Shown: one piece after another, positions 26,791 to 36,100 of the stretch
How the letters are laid out: every line of letters begins with the position of its first letter
How positions within the stretch are numbered: position 1 is the stretch's first letter
IMG/VR virus record: IMGVR_UViG_3300034402_000018
Coordinates: 1-63,082 of that record
Source: a virus
Lineage: Duplodnaviria > Caudoviricetes
Reading direction: 5' to 3' (one strand)
DNA length: 63,082 nt
Translations under genes and position numbers: made by a program
Notes under the pieces: model-generated
What the model was told of the DNA's origin: nothing
The model's database searches: none
What the model saw: the letters and a program-made list of their open reading frames with translations, nothing else

Positions 26791-27201
26791 CTAGTTGTGC
26801 GTGATTATCCAGGCGCCGGCAGCTATGGTAAGCGAGCCGCCACTCAATACCTCCCGCACGTCATTGGCATCGCCACGCCACCTGAGATTGCCGCCGGTCG
26901 GCGCGTCGTATAGGCCGCCCCCGGTTACTACCCCCCAGTTTGACGATGCGGGTCCAAAAGATATGGGCAGGGCATTGGACTTGACACCCCCCGGCGCTAT
27001 CAAGGGGAAGTTGATCAGGTTGTTGGCGATAGCCACCCGCGCGTAGCCGCCGCCGCTCACCTCTACCCCGCCCGTGCCGTCGTCGAAGGGCGTTGTAAGG
27101 AACAGCGCCGCGTAATAGGTGCCCACGGGCGTGTAGGCCACCCCTCCGAACTGCATATTCGAAATCTTGGCCTCTTCAAAATCTGTCATACTACCAGGCA
27201 T
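26791..27201 (-). CDS. Minor tail protein (EVSGGGYARV family), paralogue 3
   Basis: YAALF..P...EVSGGGYARVAI...YDAPTGGNL. Confidence 0.75.
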   Translation of the reverse strand: MPGSMTDFEEAKISNMQFGGVAYTPVGTYYAALFLTTPFDDGTGGVEVSGGGYARVAIANNLINFPLIAPGGVKSNALPISFGPASSNWGVVTGGGLYDAPTGGNLRWRGDANDVREVLSGGSLTIAAGAWIITHN

Positions 27202-27217
27202 TTGTTTCTCCTTCTAA

Positions 27218-27514
27218 CTAGGGCAGCACCGGCAGCCCATCTATCCCCCTGACGGGGGAGTCTCCTAACGGCGTTATCCGTGTGACCCACTTCATGCGGG
27301 TCTCCGGCATCAGCAATATCTGCGGCTCGGCGTCCGACACGATGCGTGTGAGCACCAGGCCGGACGGTGTGGAGGCCACCTCGGCGAGCGTTGGCCGCCC
27401 GATACGCTCCATGTTGGGCGCGCACGGCACACACGACGTGCCATGTCCGTTGCGCACGATGACATGGTGGTCGTCGTACTTCTCGATGCACGAGAGTATC
27501 CTCGTGCCTGACAT
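27218..27514 (-). CDS. Hypothetical protein
   Basis: AGGAG RBS before ATG 27514. Confidence 0.55.
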   Translation of the reverse strand: MSGTRILSCIEKYDDHHVIVRNGHGTSCVPCAPNMERIGRPTLAEVASTPSGLVLTRIVSDAEPQILLMPETRMKWVTRITPLGDSPVRGIDGLPVLP

Positions 27515-27521
27515 ACCTCTC

Positions 27522-27734
27522 CTAGACATACCTTTTCCTTTCGGCTGCAAGCACCTCACCGACATCGACCCACTGCGCTGCGTTTTCCGGCTTGCACAAA
27601 TCACACATGCAATTGTGATAGTGGATCGTTACCCCCTCCGGATGTGCCAGGGCGCATAGATCGCACGAGCACTCCGGATCCGGGTAAGGCATCGGGTGAA
27701 CGCCGCCTTTTAGTTTGTTTACCTTGCCGATCAT
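27522..27734 (-). CDS. Small Cys-repeat protein
   Basis: CSCDLC and CMCDLC repeat; AGGAGG RBS. Confidence 0.6.
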   Translation of the reverse strand: MIGKVNKLKGGVHPMPYPDPECSCDLCALAHPEGVTIHYHNCMCDLCKPENAAQWVDVGEVLAAERKRYV

Positions 27735-27744
27735 CTGGCTCCTC

Positions 27745-30700
27745 CTAAACTAGATAAGGTTTATCCACCGACACCTGCGCCATCTCGGTCACCAGCTCCT
27801 GGGTATTCCACCACGTGGTAATGCGAGTAGAGCGCCACTTGCCCCGAAGCTCAGGCGGGGGGTCCCGGTACTCGATAATCAGGTCGGGCCGCACGTAAGG
27901 GAAGGCGTCCATCAAGGTGACCAGGGCGCGGGCCCCCATCCACTCACGCTGCAGGGCCCTGTGAACGATCCCCTTGGCATACATCATGGCCTGCCCGTGC
28001 TGCGACGGCAGGCCCGCCGCCACCGACACCGACTGGGTGACCGTGCCCGCGCCGTCAGGCCAGGGAGCGACGCGCCCCGATGCGGTGTTGGGCCGCGCTT
28101 CCACGTTGTCCACCACCGTCACCACATTGCCCGCCCGGCCCCAATCATCCTCCTGCATCTGTATGGGCAGGGAGATCGCATAACGTGGGTCGATCTCCAT
28201 ATCTACCTCGGCGTTTCTGGTCGGGGGTAGAGACGCGCGCAGCACGCCACCCGCCCAGAAGTCGTACCACCAGGTGAGGCCCAGGTCCCCCCACATACGC
28301 TGCACGTCCTGCATCAGGTCCACGTCCTCGCCCGTCTCGTTCACGGTGAAGTGGGGCGGGGTGATGCCCAGGCGTGGCACCTGCAGCTTGAACTGGTCGA
28401 GGCCCAGCATGTGGCACCACACGTAGTAAGCAATGTAGTCATCGTTGTGCATCGACATGCCGAGCTTGGCGTCCCACGGCAAATTGGGGTCGGCGGCGTA
28501 TACCTTGTCGCGCATCATCACCAGCTGCCACTCGCGCACCCTCTCCTCCGGCGTTTTGTACTCGTCCCGGTATTCGCGCCCCCTCGGCCAAGGGAGGCCC
28601 ATGAACCCCTGCGTCTGGTAGGAGCGCGTCATGGCCCGCAGCGGGCTGAAGAGGCGCATGGTGATGATCGGCCCCTCCTCTGAGCGCAGAGGCTGGCCGG
28701 TATCCGCGGTGCCGAAGAAGGGGCAGGTCCAGGCGCCCCAGCCTCCAATATCGAGGAACTCCAGGCCCCCAAGCCCCGTCTTGTCGCGCCAGCCCCCCTT
28801 CACCCAGATCATGGCGTTGTGACCTTTTACGTCGCCGTACAGGGACGTGTGGTTGTAGTTATCGACGTCGAGGAGCTTGATCTCGGCCTGGTCCGGCCCG
28901 CCGTCGACGCCCCAGTCGGCTCTGCCCTCGAAAGCCGTGAAGACGTCCTGCCAGGGGTAGCCGTAGGTGAGGCGGTGAACGCGCTTCTGTCGCCGGTCGA
29001 CGTAGAAGACATCCAATCCGCCCGACAGGCGCGGCACGAAGGCACCCTGGCCAACGGGCATGCAGGCCTCCATGGTAGCGCGCCCGGTCACCTTGAGCGG
29101 TCCCACCCACATGGTGGTCTGCTGGGCGATCGCCGGCTGCACACCCGAGTGGCCGATGAAGAAGCGCCTGGGCCACCGGCCATTGCGAGGCTGCTCCCAG
29201 TACTTCTCAGTGGGGTGGGGCATATACCGGTTCTGCGTGGGGTGAGCGTCGCTACCCCCTATATCGACGTACTCACGCTCGTCGAGCAGCCCCGTCTCGC
29301 GGTTGATATACCCCTTGTAAGGTATGAAAGGTAGCCACGCTTCCGCCCTCGAGCGCCTCCAGTAGAGGCGAAACATATCGTCCGCGGGCGTGTACGTCAG
29401 CCGGAAAAGGTAAGGCTTCGCCGAGTTATCCGCACGGCGCTCGAAACCCTCGAACGCCCAGGGTATGGGGTGCTGGAAATACTCATCGGCATCGCCGCCG
29501 TGCCCCACCGGCAGGCGGGCGTTGGCGATACGCTTGTCGTTGAGGATGGGTTTACAGAAAGTCACCCGCATGCCGCGGGCTATATCGTGCGGGTGGGGCA
29601 AGCGGTCGGGCAGGTAGGCGTCGTTACCCGCATGTGCATCCAGGCGGAAGATCGGGGTCTCGGGGTTCGCCGGGTCGTCTATCACGAACCAGATGTTGTG
29701 GTAGGCCATCAACGGCTTGCTGAAGCGCACGGAGAACTCGGCCTCCATCGGCACGCCGGGGGTGAAGGGCGGGAAGGCCTTAGACTCGTCTTCGGTAGAG
29801 CGGGTCCACCAGTGCCCGAAGGAGTCGACCTGGTCATGTTTGTCGGGGTCGCTCTCGTCGGGCGGGTCCCCTTTGGAATCTATGCGCACCGACCGCCCGA
29901 ACTCGGGATCGAACCCGTACTGGAGGCGCGTGGAGGGGGTCTTTATCCCCAGCCAGGTCTCGCGATCGTTGAGAGGCTGAACCTCATCACCGTTTTGGTC
30001 CAGCCGTACATTCCAGTCCTCTCGCCACTCCGAATTGTACGGCCCCGCAGGGTCGGGCTTGGCGTCGAATATCCCCCACTTCGAGCCGTTGAAGGGCACC
30101 AGCTTGTTCTCCACCGTCCAGGTGAAGGGCCTGGTGGAGGCGTCGAATACAGAGTGCTTGAGGCGGGAGGTGCCGGTGGTACGCAGCGAATAGAGGATCA
30201 CCCGCCGCCCCTTTGGAAAGTGCCCGAACTCGTTGTTACCGCCCGCGCGCCCGATCGACAGCCACTCGACAGCGTTGGTCGACCCCAGGTCCAGACCGAT
30301 AGACTTTGTCTCCGTATAGATGCCGGTGGGGTCTTCGTTGAGCAACTTATGGCCCACCTGGAATTTGAGCTCGTCCGCTATGTTCTGCGGGGTCGCAGAA
30401 CGGTTGACGTGCGCCACTGCCAGGTTCCAGTAGCCACCCGCGGCGCTGATATCGTACACCTTCTCATAGGGCAGCCAGTTGAGGTCTATGCCCGACACCA
30501 CGCCAGAGGCGTCCCACTCGAAGCCGCGCGGCCTCCAGTCCGCCGGGGATTGAGAGGTTGCGTGCCAGCGCAGCAGGTGGTCGGTGTAGTGCTTGTAGAA
30601 GAGGAATATGCGCCCGTCCGGGTGTGCAACGAGCTTCGGCTGCATGTGGGTATAATCCCCCACCCACACCTTTTGCCAGGTTACGCCGCGGTCCAAAGAA

Positions 30701-31974
30701 ACGTAGAGAAAGGTCAGCCAGGAGTTCGAGCCGTCTTGCACGCGGGTCGCCAGGATCAGCGCGGTCTCGCGGTCCATATCCGCGGCCCCGGCCCCCGTGA
30801 TTGGGTCGTAACCCGCCACCATGCTTAACGTATGGACCGGCCGGCGCCCATTGTTGAACACCATGCGGGGGCGCCCGTACGCCTCTGCCCCACCCTGCAG
30901 ACGAAACTCTACCTTATTGGCGAAGCCTTTGTTGGTGCCTATGCTCTTGACGGTGGCCATCGCGTAGCGCATGTCGCCCATGCGGCACATGGCGAGCGCA
31001 TCGGGGCCGCGGTGCTCGGGCCCAGGATCGCCTATAATATCCCCCTCGATGTCAGGGCCGTCAGGTATATCCGCGTCTGTGTCGTCGTCCTCCATGTACT
31101 GGCGGCGCGGGTTGTGCGACCAGCCGGGCCGGAGCACGTTGGGGGCGATCTCCACGTATACCCCCGAGCGACGCAGTGGGTGGTTGCCTATATCTATATT
31201 CTCGTTCGCCGGCACTATACGCGCGGGGATAGAGGCGCCTTGCGTCCGCGTCTCGCCGGGATCGAGGCCTTCAGGCAGGGCAGGGTACGTGACCGTGAGA
31301 TCCAGGTCCACCTGGTCGTCGCCCCGCCCCTTGCGCTTGAAGGTGATGGGTAGGAGCTGGGTATTGAGATAGAGGTCCACCGAGGAGCCGCCGTCGAAAG
31401 TGAACGACAGGAGATTGTGAGTAGTGAAGGAGAGGAGCATCTTGGTCTCCCCGCCCATCTCCAGCTCCAGGGGGTAGTCGTGCATCTCCTCCATGTCGAT
31501 ATCTACCGAGGAGCCGCCGTCGAAGGTGAACGACGTTGACTCGGCGCCCAGCAGAAGGTCTACCGAGGAGCCGCCGTCGAAAGTAAATGACAGGGGCTGC
31601 ACGGACGTGAGATCCAGCGTCGAGCGAGACCCGCCGCCCCGCATATTGAACGACAGGTGGGAGAGATTGATGCGAATATCGCCCTCTCCCGTGACCCTTA
31701 TCTCGTAGTCCGACCCGGAGTCGTACGATGAAGAGAGCTTGAGGTCTATCGAGGAGCCGCCATCGAAAGCGAAGGAGAGTTGGATATAGGCCTCTCCCTT
31801 GGCGAAGCCGCCTATCTCTATGATGCCGCTGGAGCGCCCTTCGTTGGCGAAGGAAAGATCGAGAGATAGGCCGGACTCGCCCTTGGAGACGAGCTCCAAC
31901 GGCACGGCCCGGCCTATACCCGGAACGGGCGGGCCTTCGAGCTCAATAAATCCGGAAGAATACCCCTCGGCCAC
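27745..31974 (-). CDS. Large tail/baseplate (central fibre-like) protein
   Basis: 1409 aa downstream of the TMP. N-terminal SFTFDGGSSVDL repeats and an Asp-box SLDRGVTW. Confidence 0.7.
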   Translation of the reverse strand: MAEGYSSGFIELEGPPVPGIGRAVPLELVSKGESGLSLDLSFANEGRSSGIIEIGGFAKGEAYIQLSFAFDGGSSIDLKLSSSYDSGSDYEIRVTGEGDIRINLSHLSFNMRGGGSRSTLDLTSVQPLSFTFDGGSSVDLLLGAESTSFTFDGGSSVDIDMEEMHDYPLELEMGGETKMLLSFTTHNLLSFTFDGGSSVDLYLNTQLLPITFKRKGRGDDQVDLDLTVTYPALPEGLDPGETRTQGASIPARIVPANENIDIGNHPLRRSGVYVEIAPNVLRPGWSHNPRRQYMEDDDTDADIPDGPDIEGDIIGDPGPEHRGPDALAMCRMGDMRYAMATVKSIGTNKGFANKVEFRLQGGAEAYGRPRMVFNNGRRPVHTLSMVAGYDPITGAGAADMDRETALILATRVQDGSNSWLTFLYVSLDRGVTWQKVWVGDYTHMQPKLVAHPDGRIFLFYKHYTDHLLRWHATSQSPADWRPRGFEWDASGVVSGIDLNWLPYEKVYDISAAGGYWNLAVAHVNRSATPQNIADELKFQVGHKLLNEDPTGIYTETKSIGLDLGSTNAVEWLSIGRAGGNNEFGHFPKGRRVILYSLRTTGTSRLKHSVFDASTRPFTWTVENKLVPFNGSKWGIFDAKPDPAGPYNSEWREDWNVRLDQNGDEVQPLNDRETWLGIKTPSTRLQYGFDPEFGRSVRIDSKGDPPDESDPDKHDQVDSFGHWWTRSTEDESKAFPPFTPGVPMEAEFSVRFSKPLMAYHNIWFVIDDPANPETPIFRLDAHAGNDAYLPDRLPHPHDIARGMRVTFCKPILNDKRIANARLPVGHGGDADEYFQHPIPWAFEGFERRADNSAKPYLFRLTYTPADDMFRLYWRRSRAEAWLPFIPYKGYINRETGLLDEREYVDIGGSDAHPTQNRYMPHPTEKYWEQPRNGRWPRRFFIGHSGVQPAIAQQTTMWVGPLKVTGRATMEACMPVGQGAFVPRLSGGLDVFYVDRRQKRVHRLTYGYPWQDVFTAFEGRADWGVDGGPDQAEIKLLDVDNYNHTSLYGDVKGHNAMIWVKGGWRDKTGLGGLEFLDIGGWGAWTCPFFGTADTGQPLRSEEGPIITMRLFSPLRAMTRSYQTQGFMGLPWPRGREYRDEYKTPEERVREWQLVMMRDKVYAADPNLPWDAKLGMSMHNDDYIAYYVWCHMLGLDQFKLQVPRLGITPPHFTVNETGEDVDLMQDVQRMWGDLGLTWWYDFWAGGVLRASLPPTRNAEVDMEIDPRYAISLPIQMQEDDWGRAGNVVTVVDNVEARPNTASGRVAPWPDGAGTVTQSVSVAAGLPSQHGQAMMYAKGIVHRALQREWMGARALVTLMDAFPYVRPDLIIEYRDPPPELRGKWRSTRITTWWNTQELVTEMAQVSVDKPYLV
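31370..31790 (-). repeat. Intragenic repeats encoding (L)SF(T/A)FDGGSS(V/I)D
   Basis: gaggagccgcc(g/a)tcgaa recurs at about 31382, 31508, 31565 and 31751. Confidence 0.85.
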
Positions 31975-31975
31975 T

Positions 31976-32377
31976 CTAATCGTACCTCGTGTAGATCGCT
32001 ATCGACCCCGGCGGAAAGTCGGGAGGCGCACCGGTGGCTATATGCAGCACCGCAGTCAAAGCCTGCCCGTAGACGAAAGCCTCTTCATCATCGTCGGATG
32101 ATGCATCCCAGAAACCGATGTGGGTAGCGTCGTACGGGCTCGTAGCCTCCGGGAAGAGAATGCGTACGTTGTTCGACACTCTCGGGTCTAGGGCATCGGG
32201 AAAAGAGTGGGTTACTTCAACGCGCGCGTAGCCGTGCCCGCTCACCTCATGGAGGCCGAGGCCACCGGGGTCGTCGGTGTGCAGCGACATCCAGATACGC
32301 GATATGCGCCGCGGTGCGGCGCCGTTGAAGAGGTAGTTGAGGTGGTCGATCCCCCTGACCCTTGATATTCCTGCCAT
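31976..32377 (-). CDS. Minor tail protein (EVSGxGYARV family), paralogue 2
   Basis: WMSLHTDDPG..EVSGHGYARVEV..THIGFWDA; AGGAGG RBS. Confidence 0.72.
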   Translation of the reverse strand: MAGISRVRGIDHLNYLFNGAAPRRISRIWMSLHTDDPGGLGLHEVSGHGYARVEVTHSFPDALDPRVSNNVRILFPEATSPYDATHIGFWDASSDDDEEAFVYGQALTAVLHIATGAPPDFPPGSIAIYTRYD

Positions 32378-32385
32378 GTTGCCTC

Positions 32386-32775
32386 CTAGGCCCGAACGCG
32401 CAGCGCGCCCGCCGGTATGGTTACGGGCGTGCTCGGCTGTATAGTGCGAGGTATATTGAACGCGGTAAAGAATCGAAAGTGGATGGGCGAAGTCGACGTC
32501 GGGTGGGACCACACGCCCCAGTGGGTGGCCACCTGCAGGGCATCGATTTCCGCGACCTCTATATCGGCGGGGTTCGTCACCAGCCGGCCGCTGCGGTCGA
32601 ACCCCCCGGTGACGTCCACGCGCGTATAGCCCCCGGCCGTCATCTCGTGGGTGACCACCGAGTGCGTCAACTGGTTCTCCACCGGCTGGGCGGTATGCAG
32701 CGAGAGGTAGAGGGATGGCGGGGCTATGAGCAGGGCGTCCAGGGTCTCACCCGCGGTCTGTTCGGTCAGGCCCAT
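32386..32775 (-). CDS. Minor tail protein (same family), paralogue 1
   Basis: YLSLHTAQP..EMTAGGYTRVDV..THWGVW..IPAGAL. Confidence 0.72.
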   Translation of the reverse strand: MGLTEQTAGETLDALLIAPPSLYLSLHTAQPVENQLTHSVVTHEMTAGGYTRVDVTGGFDRSGRLVTNPADIEVAEIDALQVATHWGVWSHPTSTSPIHFRFFTAFNIPRTIQPSTPVTIPAGALRVRA

Positions 32776-32783
32776 CTTTACTC

Positions 32784-33179
32784 CTATAATTGAACTTCAA
32801 TCTCTCTCCACACGATCGAGAAGGGCTCGTAAAACCCACGATTGTCAGCGGTCTTAAGGGGCGGAAAGGTCACCGCAACCTTGAGGTCGCGCCAAACGAT
32901 GTCTGTGCCGTCTGGGTTCTTGCCGGCGTAGGTGTCGATGTAGCAGATCGGGTTCGACCCGATGTACGACTTGATGGCGTTGATGGCCTCCGCACGGCGC
33001 TGCCCGAAATGCCAGGTCACGATACGCAGCCTGCCCCCCGGCGGCTCGATCACTATAACCCCGCCAAGCACCGCCTTCTCTATGGTGGGCGTGAGATCCA
33101 CCTCGTGAGATGTGGGCCAGGTGAGGTCCACTACCGATGCGCCCGAATTGTCGAGCGGGTTGCCGTTGATGGCGTACAT
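32784..33179 (-). CDS. Putative distal tail protein
   Basis: Position immediately after the TMP, with TGATG coupling. Confidence 0.55.
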   Translation of the reverse strand: MYAINGNPLDNSGASVVDLTWPTSHEVDLTPTIEKAVLGGVIVIEPPGGRLRIVTWHFGQRRAEAINAIKSYIGSNPICYIDTYAGKNPDGTDIVWRDLKVAVTFPPLKTADNRGFYEPFSIVWREIEVQL

Positions 33180-36100
33180 CAGCCCCTCCCTTCCCTGGGC
33201 AGCGTGCCCGCCAAAGACCGCAACTGCCAGGTCTGCGCGTTCGCTATCTGTGCCGCCGTGGCGTGCGGGTCGTGGGTCTCCGTGACGTTGTTGGTGATGT
33301 TCGCGACAAAGCTGGATCCCACCGAGAAGGGGGTAGGCCCGCCTGGACCTGGTCGCGGCATAACGGGCTCCCCACCCACGGTCGTGCCAGGCGCAGGCGG
33401 TGCAGCCGCTGCTGCTTCCCTGGCCCTGGCTTCGCGTTCCAGGCGGTCCATCTCAGCCTCGGCGGCTTCCAGGCGCCGCTTGGCCTCACGAGCGGAAGCC
33501 GCGTCCCCCTTGCGCCGGGCTTCTTCGAGAGCGCGCCGGTAACGCTCGATGCCGAACTGGGCGCGGGCGATCAGGTTCTGCTCAGACTCCGCGTCCTTCA
33601 CCCCCAGTTCTACCGCCGCATCGGCCGCCTCTTTGAACTGGTCGGCGGCAGGCGACGTCTCCTTGACGCGCTCCAGCATCTCCTGTAGCGCTGCCTGCAT
33701 GTCGGGCAGCTCCCGGCCCTCAAAGGCATCCACCAGGCCCACCAGGTTCTCGATAGCCGCCTGCGCGCGCTTAAGGCGCGCCCTCAACTGCTCTGCCAGC
33801 TTGTCGTCACCACGCTTCTCGGCAGCGTCGATCGCTCGCAGCAGGTCTTGCTCCAGTGTTCTCAGGCCGTCCAGCTTGCGATTAGCCGCCCCCAGACGCG
33901 CCTGCTCCTCGTCCGAAAGTGCGCCCGTCCAGCTCTCCGGCGAAATCCCCGGTATGGCAGGTATACCGGGTACAGGCACCGCAGGCACCGCAGGCACCGC
34001 AGGCACCGCAGGCGTGCCCGGTGTTCCAGGTATCGGGGGCGTGGGGGGTGTTGCGTCTTCAGTGTGCTCCGCTGTATCTTCGGTATTCTTTGCCGTTTCT
34101 TCCGCGCTGCCTGCAATCCTCTCGACGTGCTCGACCAGGCGGGAGTTGGACGCCAGCACCTGCTGCCACAACTCGTCTATGTTGATGCCCGCGGCCTTGG
34201 CGATCGCTGCCGTGTTGAGCTCGACGGCCAGCGTATTGCGGTCGAGCGCCGTGGTGTTCTCGTCGGAAAGATCGGCGAACAGGCCCGCCTGCACGTCACC
34301 CAGGGTGGCATCGGGGCTGGCGGATGCAAGCTCCCGCAGCCGCGCAACGAAGCGCCCCAGCGAAGAAGTATCATCGGAGGGCAGGTCGGGGAGGCCGCTG
34401 ATAATGTCCGCGATCTTGGCGTTGGGGTCAGCCTCTTTCAGCTGGCGCAGGATCGCCGTGATCCCGGGCTCGTCGATCCCTGCGGTGCCCAGACCCTTCA
34501 AGAATTCCCGCAAGCCGAGGGCGATGCGGCGAGCACCCGCCGACAGGTTGACCACGTCACCAGGCGCCCCGACCCCCAGCTCCTGAGCCTGGCGCAGCCT
34601 GTTGAGCTCAGGATCCTCGAAGATCAGCTTGCGCAGCGCGTCGATCGTAGTGTTCGGGTCGAGCATCGCGATCAAGACCTTGAGGCGCTCGGCGAAGGGG
34701 CCCTTGGCCTGCACCAGCAGGGCCTGCACATCCCCGATGGTGCGCGTGCCCTCGACACGGCGCAAGGCGTTCAGGAAGTCGGCAACGAAGGGATCTATCT
34801 CGCCGGGAGGCGCCGACTGCAGCTGGAGCAGTATAGCGTTCGCCACCAGGGCGGTAGCGTTACGCACCGAGCCGTTCCCCTCGAAGAGGAGGGCCTTGAT
34901 GTCGGCCGCCGTGATGCGGTCTCGCGACACGCCCAGGGCCTGGAGTATATCGAGTATACGCTGGAGGATCGGGTCGCCAGGGGTCGCCCGAAGCTGGCCC
35001 TGCAGCTCGAAGAGGGTACGGTCGTCGGGCGCGCCCGCTATCACCTTGAGGAAGTCGGCGATCTCTTCCTTGCCGGAGTTCGCCGTGAGGAGCGCTATGA
35101 GCTCGGGGACCAGGGTGCGGTCTGCGGTCGCCGCCGCCACGTTGCGTATCGCCTGGCGTTCAGGGTGCGCGCGGTTCAGCTCCTCTTCGGCGAACTGATC
35201 GCGCAGCCCCGGGTGGCGGGCGAAGAAGTCGTCCCACGCCTTCTGTATCGCCACCTCGTCGAGACCCACGTCAAGCCCTACCTCTATCTTGCGAGGCAGG
35301 CCGTTCGGGAACATCTCCTCCATGAACTGCTGGGTGACCGACTTGCCTGACGCGGCTGCCCCCTTCTTGCCGCCCGGCAAGAGGCCAAGCTCCTGCAGCA
35401 CCAAGCGGATCTGCTCAATACCGCCGGCACCGAGCAGCTGGGCCGAGGCCCGCAGCGCCTCGAACGCCACTTTCATCTGGGAGCGCGCGAAGCCCGAGAA
35501 GCGCGCCAACTTGTTGGCCGCAAGCTCGGTGGCCCCCGATAGAAAAGCGTCTATCACCACGCTCATATCCCCGCCCGCCTCCTCGACGATACTCACCATG
35601 TCGGTGAGCACCTTGCGGGCGGCCGCGATCTTGGTGGTGGAGGTGCCCGCGCCCGGCTCCGCGCCGCCAACATCGGCCCCGCCCACTGCGGGCAGCACCC
35701 TGCGCGGGTTGACCGGCACCTGGGAGGTGGGGTTCTTTCCCTCACGAAACTCGAAGTGCAGGTGCGGTCCCGTAGACTTACCCGTAGAGCCGACGTAGCC
35801 TATCACCTGGCCCTTGGTGACGTGCTGGCCCACGCTCACCCAGGGGAAGGTCTTCCCCTTGTGTGGCAAGTGATCCATGTGAGCGTACCAGGTGGAATAG
35901 CCGTCATGGTCTACCACCACCAGGTTACCGTAGCCCACCGTAGACCAGCCTGCCACGCGCACTTTGCCGTCGTCGTAGGCCCTGATCTCTGTCCCCTGGA
36001 CGGCCGCCAGGTCGATACCCGTATGCTGGCCACGCTGGGTGCCGGAGAACTCCTGGGTAACGCGGGAGAAGCCCGGGCCGAGCGGGAAGATACCGCCCCT

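Noticed and set aside
31370-34013. CRISPR array or DGR repeats
   Set aside because: The repeats are in-frame coding repeats with irregular spacing. There is no cas gene, reverse transcriptase or adenine-specific TR/VR pair.
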